The translations under genes and the position numbers were made by a program. Shown here in pieces: positions 48,838-58,370 of a stretch of DNA of 64,000 bases. This DNA comes from Elusimicrobiota bacterium. Its GTDB lineage: Bacteria; Elusimicrobiota; Elusimicrobia; UBA1565; UBA9628. Location: positions 39,283 through 103,282 of the forward strand of contig DAHVNA010000002.1 in the NCBI GenBank assembly GCA_027319565.1. The letters run 5' to 3'. Position 1 is the stretch's first letter. Each line of letters begins with the position of its first letter. The notes beneath the pieces are model-generated. The model did no database searches, was not told where the DNA came from, and worked only from the letters and a program-made list of their open reading frames with translations.

Positions 48838-51419
48838 ACCTGGACTTTAAGAACTCCATAGCAAGCGCGGATATCATGGGCGAACTCCGCCGCATTTTGA
48901 TATCTCGCCTCCGGGTTTTTCGCCAAACCCCGGTTTAAAATCGCCGACACCGACGGCGGCAAAGAAGGCATAATCGAAAGAGGATCGGGATGGGGGTCGT
49001 TAGCGATCTGAAAGAGAAGGGCCCCGATTCCATCTCCCCCTTTAAACGGCTTTTCTCCGGTCAAGAGTTCGAAAAGAACAACGCTGAGAGAAAAAATATC
49101 CGAGCGCCCGTCGACTTTTTTCCCGGCGACTTGCTCGGGACTCATATACGCGGGCGTTCCCATCACGGTTCCAGTCGCCGTCTTTGAAGAGGTCATCACG
49201 CGAGCAATTCCGAAATCGGCGACGCGAAGGCTGCCGTCTTTAAGAATCATGATATTGGCGGGTTTAATATCTCGATGGACGACTCCCTGCTGATGGGCAT
49301 AGGCCAAGGCATCGGCCACAATCGCGACATATTCCATCGCCGTCTTAAGAGGCATCAAGTGTCCCTTTTCAGTATAAGCCGCCAAGCTTTGGCCCTCTAA
49401 AAACTCCATGGCGATATAGGCCACATCGTCTTCTTCTCCGGCGTCAAAAATGCGAATGATATTAGGATGATTTAATTTCCCCGCCGCTTCCGCTTCGCGG
49501 AAAAATCTCTCTTTAATTTCTTTGACGGATTGAGGATCCGCCTCTTCTCCAAGGCTCATCGTCTTAATCGCGACCCAACGGTTGATTTTAGGATCCTTGC
49601 CTAAATAGACAATCCCCATCGCGCCGCGCCCCAATTCTTTTTGAATCTCATATCGGCCTAAGGTTGGCTTAGCCGCTCCAGCGGCGATGACGACCGTTCC
49701 TTCTTTTTTAGCGCCAATAGGACTTTTTAAAACCGCGCCACTGGCGGCGGATTTAAGAAGCGTCATTTTAGATTGAATGTCTTTATACTTGCGGTCCTTT
49801 TTCGCGATTAAATCCAAAACCGAAGCGGCCTTGGCGAATTGTCTCTTTCGCTCAAAATCCAAGGCGAGATTATAGAGAATTTCCTTCATCGCCTCATCCA
49901 GAGGACACAGGCGGAATTTTTCAAAAGCGAGATCTAACATCCCTTGTCCCTGAAAGGAAAGTCCCAACATCTTATTAGTCTCAATGGCGGAGGCCTCAAC
50001 GAGTTCCTTGCCTTTTTCAGTCACGAAAAACCGCCGGACAACCCCGATCAAATATCCTAAAGCCAATAAAACGGCGGGATAACTGGTTTTAACCCATTCT
50101 CCGAGAAGGAAAAAATAACTCCCAGTGCCTAAAATGAACACGAACAATATAAAACTCAGCGCAAAACCCCAGAAAGCGGAAAGAAACGGCAACGCTAAAA
50201 TCACAAAAGCCCCAACCAAGGCAATTAAACCCCATTCTAATTTGGGCGCCCAGGGCGGGCGGGAGATAAAGCGTCCTTCTAAAATATTGGAGGTGATATT
50301 GGCCAGGATCTCGACTGGCGGAATAAGAGGAGCCAAGGGAGTGGTATAAGGAGTGGCAATCCCAGTGGCGGTCAGGCCCACCAGCACAATCTTATTTTTA
50401 AACGCCTCCATATCCACATGCCCATTCATCACGTCGCTAAAAGAATAGTACCTAAAGGTTCGATAAGGTCCGTTAAACAAAATCATCATCTGGCTTCTGG
50501 AATTGAGGGGAATATGGGTCTGGGCAAAATCAATGGATTTACCTGGAGAAAAAGTCACAGAAGAGGGCGATATCTTCTCGAAAGCTAAGGCCAGGGCCAA
50601 GGAATAGGCCGGAATATAGGAGTTTCCATAGCCCATCACGGGATCAACGCGCCTTAAAATTCCATCGGAGTCCGGTTTTAGATTGGCATGTCCGACGCCG
50701 ACGGCGGCTTGGGCGAAAATAGCGATTGGATACGCCGGATCAAAGCCCTTTGGAATAAGCGACGGGTTTAATCCAGGCGTAACCGCCAAACGAACGCTGG
50801 CGCTTGAAAATAAAGGAAGAGTCGCCGGCGCCTGGGAATGTTCATAACCTCTTTCGGTAAAAATAAGCGGCAAAACGACATTGCCCGATTTCCCAATCGC
50901 CGAGGCCAGGCGCGCATCCGCATCCAAGCGAACTTCCTCGGATGAAATCAAAGCCTCAAATAAACGGTGTCGATCAAAAATTTTGCGGGACGAGGTCAGG
51001 CGATGGTAATTCTCATCGATGGCTTGAAGGGCTTTGATTCCGCGGTCGTTTTCCGGCTCGGAATAAATAATATCAAGGCCGATCACTCCCGCTTGAGCCT
51101 CTTTGAGCTTATCCAAGAGTTTGGCAATCCGGGTTCGCGGCCAGGGCCAGCGCCCCAATTGAGCGATCGAATCATTGTCAATGGCGATAATGGCTATTTG
51201 CCGGCCGGAGCTTAAGTCTTGGCGAAGAGTGGATCTCCAATCATAGAATTTACGCTCAAAAGATCTAAAAGCGGGAAAGCCCGACGGAAAGCGGTAGCCC
51301 AAAGAAACACAGGAGGTTAAAAAAACCCCGAGCAAGATATCCCAGACAAGCCCTTTTTTTCTCAACATTATTTTTAAGGCGGCTTCCAAAAGTGTAGCGG
51401 AAGAATCGCTTTCTGTCAA
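48834..51419 (-). CDS. CHASE2 sensor-domain Hanks-type Ser/Thr protein kinase
   Basis: 861 aa. TM1, then a ~340-aa extracytoplasmic CHASE2-like domain (QIAIIAIDNDSIAQLGRWPWPRTRIAKLL), 3 TM helices, and a C-terminal kinase (GRGAMGIVYLGKD, HRDIKPANIMI, DFGIAR, GTPAYMSPE). Confidence 0.8.
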   Translation of the reverse strand: MTESDSSATLLEAALKIMLRKKGLVWDILLGVFLTSCVSLGYRFPSGFPAFRSFERKFYDWRSTLRQDLSSGRQIAIIAIDNDSIAQLGRWPWPRTRIAKLLDKLKEAQAGVIGLDIIYSEPENDRGIKALQAIDENYHRLTSSRKIFDRHRLFEALISSEEVRLDADARLASAIGKSGNVVLPLIFTERGYEHSQAPATLPLFSSASVRLAVTPGLNPSLIPKGFDPAYPIAIFAQAAVGVGHANLKPDSDGILRRVDPVMGYGNSYIPAYSLALALAFEKISPSSVTFSPGKSIDFAQTHIPLNSRSQMMILFNGPYRTFRYYSFSDVMNGHVDMEAFKNKIVLVGLTATGIATPYTTPLAPLIPPVEILANITSNILEGRFISRPPWAPKLEWGLIALVGAFVILALPFLSAFWGFALSFILFVFILGTGSYFFLLGEWVKTSYPAVLLALGYLIGVVRRFFVTEKGKELVEASAIETNKMLGLSFQGQGMLDLAFEKFRLCPLDEAMKEILYNLALDFERKRQFAKAASVLDLIAKKDRKYKDIQSKMTLLKSAASGAVLKSPIGAKKEGTVVIAAGAAKPTLGRYEIQKELGRGAMGIVYLGKDPKINRWVAIKTMSLGEEADPQSVKEIKERFFREAEAAGKLNHPNIIRIFDAGEEDDVAYIAMEFLEGQSLAAYTEKGHLMPLKTAMEYVAIVADALAYAHQQGVVHRDIKPANIMILKDGSLRVADFGIARVMTSSKTATGTVMGTPAYMSPEQVAGKKVDGRSDIFSLSVVLFELLTGEKPFKGGDGIGALLFQIANDPHPDPLSIMPSLPPSVSAILNRGLAKNPEARYQNAAEFAHDIRACYGVLKVQV

Positions 51420-51477
51420 CCCGGAATTTTAGGCGCGCCTCTTGAGACTCCTTCGGTAAAAATATAGAATAGAATTC

Positions 51478-51663
51478 GTGAAAAGACGAGACCTGATTAA
51501 ATATCTCACCGATAACGGATGCGTCCTCATACGAGAGGGAGGAAAATACTCCATTTATCAAAATCCCGTCAACCAAAAAGAAGTTCCCATTACCCGGCAC
51601 CCCGAGATGGAAGATTTCGCGGCCCGGAAAGTCTGTAAGCAGCTCGGCCTTCCGCCGTTTTAA
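51478..51663 (+). CDS. HicA/YcfA-like small protein (possible toxin remnant)
   Basis: 61 aa with a GTG start. The pattern K..DLIKYL..NGC.L.R.GGK.SIY.NP...V.I.RHPE....ARKVCKQLG resembles the HicA family, but the usual catalytic His is Tyr (GGKYS). No HicB partner was seen. Confidence 0.35.
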   Translation: MKRRDLIKYLTDNGCVLIREGGKYSIYQNPVNQKEVPITRHPEMEDFAARKVCKQLGLPPF

Positions 51664-51675
51664 GATCTCGTTAAA

Positions 51676-51834
51676 CTAACGGCGAATCAAAACGACCATC
51701 GAATAGCCCAGAAAAATTCCGACGATTCCGGCAATTCCGGCCAATGTCGGCGGAGCTGGTACCGGCAAACGCAAAAAACCGAACAGAAAACCGCACCCGG
51801 CGCCGCTAATTAGACTGAGAATAATCGTTTTCAT
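51676..51834 (-). CDS. Tiny membrane protein (~52 aa, XapX/DUF1427-like)
   Basis: Hand-translated as MKTIILSLISGAGCGFLFGFLRLPVPAPPTLAGIAGIVGIFLGYSMVVLIRR. Its ATG overlaps the upstream GT2 stop as ATGA. It is not in the ORF track because it is shorter than 60 aa. Confidence 0.35.
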   Translation of the reverse strand: MKTIILSLISGAGCGFLFGFLRLPVPAPPTLAGIAGIVGIFLGYSMVVLIRR

Positions 51835-52538
51835 GGATTCATTCTAACAAGTTTTATCCATCTCAAAATCAGGCGAAGATGAGAAAGGATTTCGCGAGGC
51901 AAATCTAATTTTGATTTTCCGCATTGCCGATTGGTCAATTTCGCCGGGGTTTCTGAAATCTTAAATCCGTGAATCCAAAAAAGAGCCGCGATTTCGGCAT
52001 TAACTTCAAAGCCTCCGCTTTGAATGGAAAGGCTCTTGAGGCAAGAACTTCGGTATAAGCGAAAAATAGACGTAAAAGAAGAGAGGGGAATTCCCCAAGC
52101 CACGCGGTAGAAAAGATTGGCGAGACGGCTTAAAGCTCGCCGCCAAAATAAAACATCAGACCCGGCTTGAGAGTCCAGCCATGGCGAGCCTGAAACCATA
52201 TCGGATAAATTCCACCTTTGATTTTCTATTAATTGAAGAATTTGCCTGGGAGAAAAGGTTAAATCCGCGTCTAAAACCAAAATCCATTCCCCCGCAGATT
52301 GGGCAAAGCCGCTTTTAAGCGCTTCCCCTAAACCTCGGTTTTCCCGATGAATGACTAGTTTGATTTCTCGAGAGCTTTCAAACCGCTTTAATATTTCTTG
52401 ACTTCCATCATCAGAACCGTCATCAATGACAATAAGTTCAAACTCTTCGCCAAGCGATTTTAGAATCGGGAAAAGAGATTCCGGAAATCGTTCAATATTT
52501 TCTCGCTCATTAAAACATGGGATGATAATTGAAATCAC
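51831..52538 (-). CDS. GT2 glycosyltransferase (polyprenyl-phosphate sugar synthase-like)
   Basis: MISIIIPCFNERENI N-terminus with the DxD region VIDDGSDDGS. Confidence 0.8.
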   Translation of the reverse strand: MISIIIPCFNERENIERFPESLFPILKSLGEEFELIVIDDGSDDGSQEILKRFESSREIKLVIHRENRGLGEALKSGFAQSAGEWILVLDADLTFSPRQILQLIENQRWNLSDMVSGSPWLDSQAGSDVLFWRRALSRLANLFYRVAWGIPLSSFTSIFRLYRSSCLKSLSIQSGGFEVNAEIAALFWIHGFKISETPAKLTNRQCGKSKLDLPREILSHLRLILRWIKLVRMNP

Positions 52539-52541
52539 GAT

Positions 52542-53309
52542 TTAATTTTGAAAAGGCTTCGGTCGAAATTGAATCGGCCCTTGGGAATAATCGCCTCTTG
52601 AGAGCCACTTTTCAATCAGGCAATAAAGAACGATAAACAAATACCGCGATCCCATTTCTTTAATCTTAAGTTTGGATAAGCCTTTTTTTCGATTGCGCCA
52701 TTGATTAGGGAGAACCGTCCATGTATAACCCCGAATGATCGCTTTAAGCGGAAGCTCCACCGTCAAATTAAAGTGGCTGCTTAAATAGGGCTTGACGCCC
52801 TCCAACACCCGGCAATGATAAAGTTTAAAGGCGTTCGTCGTGTCGTTATAATCAATTCCAAACAAAAGCCGGATAAACCCATTGGCCAGGCGATTGAGAA
52901 TGAGCTTAAAAACAGGGTATTCAACTGTTCCTCCGCCGGCGATAAAACGAGATCCAAAGACGCAATCAACCCCGCTTGATTCCATCGCTCTAAAGAAAGC
53001 GACCAAATCCTCGGGCGAATCAGAACCGTCCGCCATGAAAATCGCCACTGCGTCGCCCTGAAAGTGTTCAAACCCGGTTCGAATTGCCAATCCAAATCCG
53101 TGCGGGAAAGGACTCTCAAGGGGGCGCAACCCGGGGATTGCCAAAGATAGGCGTTTTAACGTTTCCGTAGTCTCATCCAAGGAATGATCATCTACGACTA
53201 AAATTTCATGTTCGATATTTTCCGAATTCAGCTTCCCGGATAAACTTTGAAGGGTTGATTCCAAATTTAAAGCTTCGTTGCGCGCCGGAATAATGACGGA
53301 GAGTTTCAT
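52542..53309 (-). CDS. GT2 glycosyltransferase (polyprenyl-phosphate sugar synthase-like)
   Basis: MKLSVIIPARNEALNL N-terminus with the DxD region VVDDHSLDET. Confidence 0.8.
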   Translation of the reverse strand: MKLSVIIPARNEALNLESTLQSLSGKLNSENIEHEILVVDDHSLDETTETLKRLSLAIPGLRPLESPFPHGFGLAIRTGFEHFQGDAVAIFMADGSDSPEDLVAFFRAMESSGVDCVFGSRFIAGGGTVEYPVFKLILNRLANGFIRLLFGIDYNDTTNAFKLYHCRVLEGVKPYLSSHFNLTVELPLKAIIRGYTWTVLPNQWRNRKKGLSKLKIKEMGSRYLFIVLYCLIEKWLSRGDYSQGPIQFRPKPFQN

Positions 53310-53337
53310 TTCGAAGAATCGATAACGTTGATAACAA

Positions 53338-53372
53338 TTAAAAGAGGCCCCATTGAACTGGGGCCTCTTAAG
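53338..53372 (-). terminator. Rho-independent terminator after the 53390-53863 gene
   Basis: On the minus strand, a 10-bp perfect stem AAGAGGCCCC/GGGGCCUCUU with an 8-nt loop is followed by UUUUAAUUGUU. Confidence 0.55.
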
Positions 53373-53389
53373 TTTAGTAAAAAATTTAA

Positions 53390-53863
53390 CTAGGCTTTTG
53401 GCTCAAAGTGTCCGGGAACCAAGACCCGGGCGGGAAAACCCAAGATTTTTCCCTTTCTGCGGGACAATCCGTAGTCTAAATCGCGAACCAAGGGGTGGGT
53501 GATCGGAAGGGCGCGGGAAACATTGAGCATCAAAATCTCAACCTGGGCATCCATCTTATAGGGACCGCTGTGAGGCGTTCCCACCTTGACGTTGACCGGA
53601 ATACCGTATTTTTGGGAAATCGCCGCTAGGCAAGGGGCCATCGTCTTCTGGGCCTGGGTCAGGCTCAGCGGGGCGAAAAACCGGGCGTCCACAATCTGGC
53701 ACTGGGAAATTTGAAAGGGGTCGACCGGTTTCATGAAGTAAATCCCCCGCTCGACTCCAATGGCAAACTCTGATGCCGCTTCTCCGGGCAGAACCGACAC
53801 TTGGGCGAAAACTTGGGGAGTCAAGATAAACAGGCTGGAAACCAAGAGCAACATTTTTTTCAT
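53390..53863 (-). CDS. Hypothetical secreted protein
   Basis: Start at Met 53863, which has AAGGAGGATGAT immediately upstream. Signal peptide MKKMLLLVSSLFILTPQVFA. I recognise no family. Confidence 0.5.
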   Translation of the reverse strand: MKKMLLLVSSLFILTPQVFAQVSVLPGEAASEFAIGVERGIYFMKPVDPFQISQCQIVDARFFAPLSLTQAQKTMAPCLAAISQKYGIPVNVKVGTPHSGPYKMDAQVEILMLNVSRALPITHPLVRDLDYGLSRRKGKILGFPARVLVPGHFEPKA

Positions 53864-54002
53864 ATCATCCTCCTTTACTACTGAACCTAATTTTATGATA
53901 GCGCTTGCCGGCCAAAACCCCAATGACTGAACTCAACAAGTCCTATTGATTTAAATCAATCTCCCCGCGGCTATTTATGTAATATAAGAATTGGAAGGCG
54001 CC

Positions 54003-54629
54003 ATGAAAAAAACTGTTTTCCCCGCGATGGGCCTGTTTTTCTTTGCCTCCTGCGGGCTCATCCATTCTCCCCACAATCCCCAAAATAGCGAAGAAAACAA
54101 CCTTCCCAAAATTTCAGAAAAAAATTTTTATAAAGGGCGCTATCCTCTCTCATCAAAAGCGGTCATCACCTATCCCCCGCTGATTCGCCAAAAGTCTCCC
54201 AACCTCTGCGGTCTTGCCGCCGCGCAAATGATCGCCTCTTACTACGGTCAAAATTTAAATCAAGAAGATTTAGACGCCGTAGAGAAAACGGCGCAAAAAA
54301 TGGGCGGAGCCTCGGGGCAAGAACTGAAAAATCTCTTTCAAAATTCAGGGTTTAAGGTCTCTCTTTTTCCAGGTTCTTTAAAATCCGGGCCGCGCGGTAT
54401 TTTTTCTGAAATTGACCGCGGTCGCCCCTTAATCGTCATGCTTAAGAAAGGTTTAGAAGGCCATTACATGGTGCTCGACGGCTATGACCCGGAAAAGAAT
54501 CTCATAATCTTAAACGATCCCCGGAATGGACCTATCGCTCTACCCATTAAAAATTTTAAAATGGGATGGGAATTGGCCGGAAAGTTCACCCTTCTTGCCT
54601 TCCCCGCTGAAAACGCGCCAAATCCATGA
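54003..54629 (+). CDS. C39-like (papain-fold) cysteine peptidase-domain lipoprotein
   Basis: Lipobox FFASC. It carries the C39 signature pattern SPNLCGLAAAQMIASYYG (QxxxxDCGxACLxMIxxxYG-like), a later GHYMVLDGYD (His) and IILNDP (Asp), so the catalytic triad appears intact. Confidence 0.65.
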   Translation: MKKTVFPAMGLFFFASCGLIHSPHNPQNSEENNLPKISEKNFYKGRYPLSSKAVITYPPLIRQKSPNLCGLAAAQMIASYYGQNLNQEDLDAVEKTAQKMGGASGQELKNLFQNSGFKVSLFPGSLKSGPRGIFSEIDRGRPLIVMLKKGLEGHYMVLDGYDPEKNLIILNDPRNGPIALPIKNFKMGWELAGKFTLLAFPAENAPNP

Positions 54630-55129
54630 TTAAGAAAATTTTTTTGCTTTCCTTAGGCGCGAATCTTCTTTGGTCTTATTTTCCCGCGCCCCTTTATCCC
54701 GAGGATTTATTGGGAGACAAAATCGCGGAGATATCCGCGCAAGAACACAGGTTCTGTCCGGCCACTCCCGATGATTCATCTCTGTTAAAAGAGCGCGGGG
54801 GCGGCTGTTTCGCCGATTGTTTCTTAAACCCTTTTGGAAGCGATGAATGCGACGCCTGCCGCACTTCGGCCTCAGACCCGATGCCGGAATGGACGACCAA
54901 GGAAAAAATTCTCTGGTCGATTGGAAGTCTTTTACTGGCCGGAGCCGTCATCTGGCTTTCGTCAAAACTCAATCAAGGTTCTAATTGCGCTTCCGCGGCC
55001 TGTTCCGGAGCTTATTATGGCAACGACCCCTATAACTATTACTCTGATCCTTACTATGGAGGAGGAGGTTATCCCTACTCCGCTTCCGCGCTCAAATTTC
55101 GCCCGGTAAAATTCAATAGAGGTAAATAA
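54626..55129 (+). CDS. Hypothetical Cys-rich exported protein with TM helix and Tyr/Gly-rich low-complexity tail
   Basis: Signal peptide, seven Cys including the motifs FCPATPDD, GGGCFADCF and DECDACR, a TM helix ILWSIGSLLLAGAVIWL, then ...CSGAYYGNDPYNYYSDPYYGGGGYPY. Confidence 0.5.
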   Translation: MIKKIFLLSLGANLLWSYFPAPLYPEDLLGDKIAEISAQEHRFCPATPDDSSLLKERGGGCFADCFLNPFGSDECDACRTSASDPMPEWTTKEKILWSIGSLLLAGAVIWLSSKLNQGSNCASAACSGAYYGNDPYNYYSDPYYGGGGYPYSASALKFRPVKFNRGK

Positions 55130-55130
55130 A

Positions 55131-55514
55131 ATGAAAAATCTCAAAAAAAACACATCTTGGAAATTAGTCTCCTTAAGCGCGCTTCTTATTTTCCTATCCG
55201 GATGCACATCGATGGGAACCTTGGGAATCGTCTCTAAAAGCGAGGCAGATCCGGCTTCAATCTTAAAATCAGGCCGCCCGTTTAAGGCCATGGGACCGGC
55301 TTCGGGAAGCGCATGCAAGTATATTTTGCTTTCCATCGTCCCTTGGGGAGATTCCGATCTTGAATCGGCGGTTCGAAGGGCTCTCAAGAAATCGAATGGA
55401 GACGCTTTAATCAATGTCTCCGTCGCCAATAGTCTCTATAGCTTTCTTCCTATCTATAATATAGTCAGCGTTTCCTGCACCGCGGTCAAGGGAATCGCCA
55501 TTAAATATCAATAA
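55131..55514 (+). CDS. Small lipoprotein (TRL-like family candidate)
   Basis: Lipobox LSGC. GSACKYILLSIVPWGDSDLESAVRRALKKSNGDALINVSV resembles TRL-like proteins. Low certainty. Confidence 0.45.
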   Translation: MKNLKKNTSWKLVSLSALLIFLSGCTSMGTLGIVSKSEADPASILKSGRPFKAMGPASGSACKYILLSIVPWGDSDLESAVRRALKKSNGDALINVSVANSLYSFLPIYNIVSVSCTAVKGIAIKYQ

Positions 55515-55534
55515 GTAAGAAATAAGGAAAAACT

Positions 55535-56356
55535 ATGTTGAAAAAAATATCTGTTGTCTTAATATCCTTGCCTGTTTTTTTGTCCGCCTGCGTTCCTTAT
55601 CCCGGAATGCAATCGGCGGTGTATCATCCGCAGGCCTTGGCCCGAAGTTCATTCGCCCCCCTCAAAGGCGCCGCCAACGCCCAGACCCAGCACTTCTTTG
55701 TCGAGGCCATGGGGCAAAGCGCGGCGACTCAATACGCCAATGCCGCTGAAAACCTCTACAACCGTCTCATGATTGACGCCGGAATCATGAATTATCAGCC
55801 TTCAAGCCCTTTAAAAATCATCTTCTATCCGAATCAAAGCGAATTTGATAAAAAGACGGGGCAGCCTTCCGGCTCTCGAGGCGTCATTTACCGAGGGGCT
55901 CTTTACACCTATATCAGCCCGACGCTCGACAACAGGCTTTCTTATGAAATTACCCAGTTGGTCTTGACTAATTATATCCACCGCCCCAACCCCGATTGGA
56001 TCTGGGTCAAAAACGGTTTAGCCGCATATGAAGAAATGAAAACCATGCAATTGGCCGGAAACCAGCAAGATCTTTTCGCCTTGGTAAGAAGCCAGATGCG
56101 CCAGAGCCCTTATCCAATGTCTCAACTCACTACCATGGCTCCGCCGGATGACGAGTCAGTGTCCTCAAGCGCTTGGGACTGCGAGTCTGAATCCATGGTT
56201 AATTTCATGATTTCCCAAGCCGGAAACTCGCAATTTGGGCAATTCCTAGCCAATCTCCAAGGCAATGAAGATGTAAGCTCCGCAATCGGACAAGCCTTTA
56301 ACGGAAAATGGACGGGGCTTAATTCTTTCTACCAAGCTTGGCAGCAGCGTGGATAG
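55535..56356 (+). CDS. Hypothetical lipoprotein
   Basis: Lipobox LSAC. 273 aa, no recognised motif. Its stop overlaps the next gene's GTG start by 8 nt. Confidence 0.5.
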   Translation: MLKKISVVLISLPVFLSACVPYPGMQSAVYHPQALARSSFAPLKGAANAQTQHFFVEAMGQSAATQYANAAENLYNRLMIDAGIMNYQPSSPLKIIFYPNQSEFDKKTGQPSGSRGVIYRGALYTYISPTLDNRLSYEITQLVLTNYIHRPNPDWIWVKNGLAAYEEMKTMQLAGNQQDLFALVRSQMRQSPYPMSQLTTMAPPDDESVSSSAWDCESESMVNFMISQAGNSQFGQFLANLQGNEDVSSAIGQAFNGKWTGLNSFYQAWQQRG

Positions 56357-58370
56357 CGAAGTTTCGCTTTCACAATCAGCGCCGGCTAAAGCAAAGCCGG
56401 AAAACCTCGCTTTCTCCGCCTCGGAATTTTTATCGACCCTGGAAGGAGAGCTCAATTCCGCAAAATTCCTGGCCAAAAACTTTTCCATCGCCTGTATTTT
56501 ATCTCTGATTCTGCTGCTGGGAAAAAATGTCAATCTCTCTTTATACACCCAATTGCTTCTCTGTTTTTTGCTCATCGTCATTGGAGGTCGGCATTTTATC
56601 CGGGGTTTAAAAAAAGAAATTCGGGCTCGCAAAGGGGGGCTCAACACCTTGGTTTCCCTCAGCCTTTGGTCCGCTTTTTGTCTCGGGGCCTACGCCGTCT
56701 TTGCGCCGGAGACTCTCCCCGAAGCCTACCGCAATTTTTATTCCCCATTTATTGTCGAAACCATCCTTTTAATGACCCTGGGACAGTATTGGGAAATTCA
56801 TTTTAAAAATTTCTATCGGGAAAACTTGCAATCTCTCAAACGTAAAATTCCCCGCTTCGCTCGCCTATTTAAAGATGGAAACGAATTTTTTACTCCACGT
56901 TTAGAGATTCGCTCCCAGGACGAAATTATCGTAAAAAAAGGAGAAGAAATCCCCGTGGACGGCCTCGCTCAAAATGACGGGCTTGTCGATGAATTTCTCC
57001 TCAACGACCGAAAAGCGCTTTCCCCAAAAACAAAGGGGTCAAAGGTCTGCGCGGGATCGTTTGTTCAATCCCCCTCCCTATCCATATCCGCCCGTGGAGG
57101 AGATTCTCTTTTCGCTCAAATGATATCCTACATCGTTAAGAACTCCGGCAACAAATTCGAGAAAGAAAGTTTTATCGATTTAATCGCTTCTTGGGCCGCG
57201 GCATTAAGCATCGTTTCGGCGGCTGGCATTTCCATTTTTTGGGCCTTAGAAGCCCCGTCTCACCGAATGTTTTTAGCTCTTTGTTCTCTGGCTTCCATTT
57301 GGATTCTCTGTTGCCCTCCGGCCTTGACTTTAGCCCGGCCGCTGGCGATATTTTTCGGCCTCGGAAAAATGCGCAAAGAAGGGATCCATCTTCTCAACGC
57401 CAATATCATCGCGCGCGCAAGCTCAATCGACACCTTGCTGTTTGACAAGACCGGGGTTTTGACCGAAGGAAATCTTGAAATTGTCTCGTCGTCTTTACTG
57501 GGAGAATCTAAAGAAGAGTTTCTCAGCGCGACGCTGGCGGCTCTTCAAAATTCGCCTCACCTCGCTGCCCAAGCTGTCGCCCGCTACGCGAGAAATTTAG
57601 GGGCTAAGCCTCTTCCCGCGCCCGAGTCCTTGGAGAGTATTCCCGGGAAAGGAATACTCCTCAAAGGAAAAGCGGGAGAAATACGCGCGGGAAATCTTTC
57701 TTGGCTTAAAGAATCGGGATGTCAACTCCCGCCGCTTCCGACATTCCCGCCAGAAGAAATTATTTCGTTTATCGGCATCGCCAGGGATTTAAGGCTGTTG
57801 GGATATTTCACGATTAAAGACTCTTTGCGCCCGCACGCAAAAGAAACCGTGGAAAAAATAAGAGAGATGGGAATTACCCCGATATTAGTCTCTGGCGACC
57901 GCAATCAATCGACCCACCATCTAGCCGAAAAAGTGGGGCTTAGGCACGTTTTCGCGGAAGTGCCGCCGGAGGAAAAAACCGCGATTATCTCGCGCTTAAA
58001 AAGCGAGGGGAAAAAAGTGGCGATTCTCGCTTCATCTTTTTACGACGCCGAGGCTTTATCTTTGGCCGATATCGGAATGTCTTGGGAATCCGGAAATGCC
58101 ATCTCCAAAAGCGCCGCCGATATCCTCGTCTCAAACACCGATTTATCTCAGGTATTAAAAGCTCTTCAGTGGACCCGCTCGCTGGAAAAAGTGATTCGCC
58201 AAAATATTCTTCTCTCTTTTTTGCCAAGTCTGCTTTTGATTCCCATCGGATGCGGATTTTTTTATCAAAGGCATGGTCTATTGCTCACCAATCCACAAGC
58301 CGTCGCCGCGGGGCTGTTCGGCCTTACCGCAATCATTATTAATTCCATTAGGAGAAAAATCAATGCCTAA
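56349..58370 (+). CDS. P1B-type ATPase paralog with degenerate metal-site and hinge motifs
   Basis: 673 aa. It aligns to the window's copA across the TM6 to P-domain region. DKTGVLTEG is conserved and a VSGD hinge is present, but CPC is replaced by CCPPAL and GDGVNDAPAL by ASSFYDAEAL. It has no N-terminal metal-binding domain. Confidence 0.7.
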   Translation: MDSEVSLSQSAPAKAKPENLAFSASEFLSTLEGELNSAKFLAKNFSIACILSLILLLGKNVNLSLYTQLLLCFLLIVIGGRHFIRGLKKEIRARKGGLNTLVSLSLWSAFCLGAYAVFAPETLPEAYRNFYSPFIVETILLMTLGQYWEIHFKNFYRENLQSLKRKIPRFARLFKDGNEFFTPRLEIRSQDEIIVKKGEEIPVDGLAQNDGLVDEFLLNDRKALSPKTKGSKVCAGSFVQSPSLSISARGGDSLFAQMISYIVKNSGNKFEKESFIDLIASWAAALSIVSAAGISIFWALEAPSHRMFLALCSLASIWILCCPPALTLARPLAIFFGLGKMRKEGIHLLNANIIARASSIDTLLFDKTGVLTEGNLEIVSSSLLGESKEEFLSATLAALQNSPHLAAQAVARYARNLGAKPLPAPESLESIPGKGILLKGKAGEIRAGNLSWLKESGCQLPPLPTFPPEEIISFIGIARDLRLLGYFTIKDSLRPHAKETVEKIREMGITPILVSGDRNQSTHHLAEKVGLRHVFAEVPPEEKTAIISRLKSEGKKVAILASSFYDAEALSLADIGMSWESGNAISKSAADILVSNTDLSQVLKALQWTRSLEKVIRQNILLSFLPSLLLIPIGCGFFYQRHGLLLTNPQAVAAGLFGLTAIIINSIRRKINA

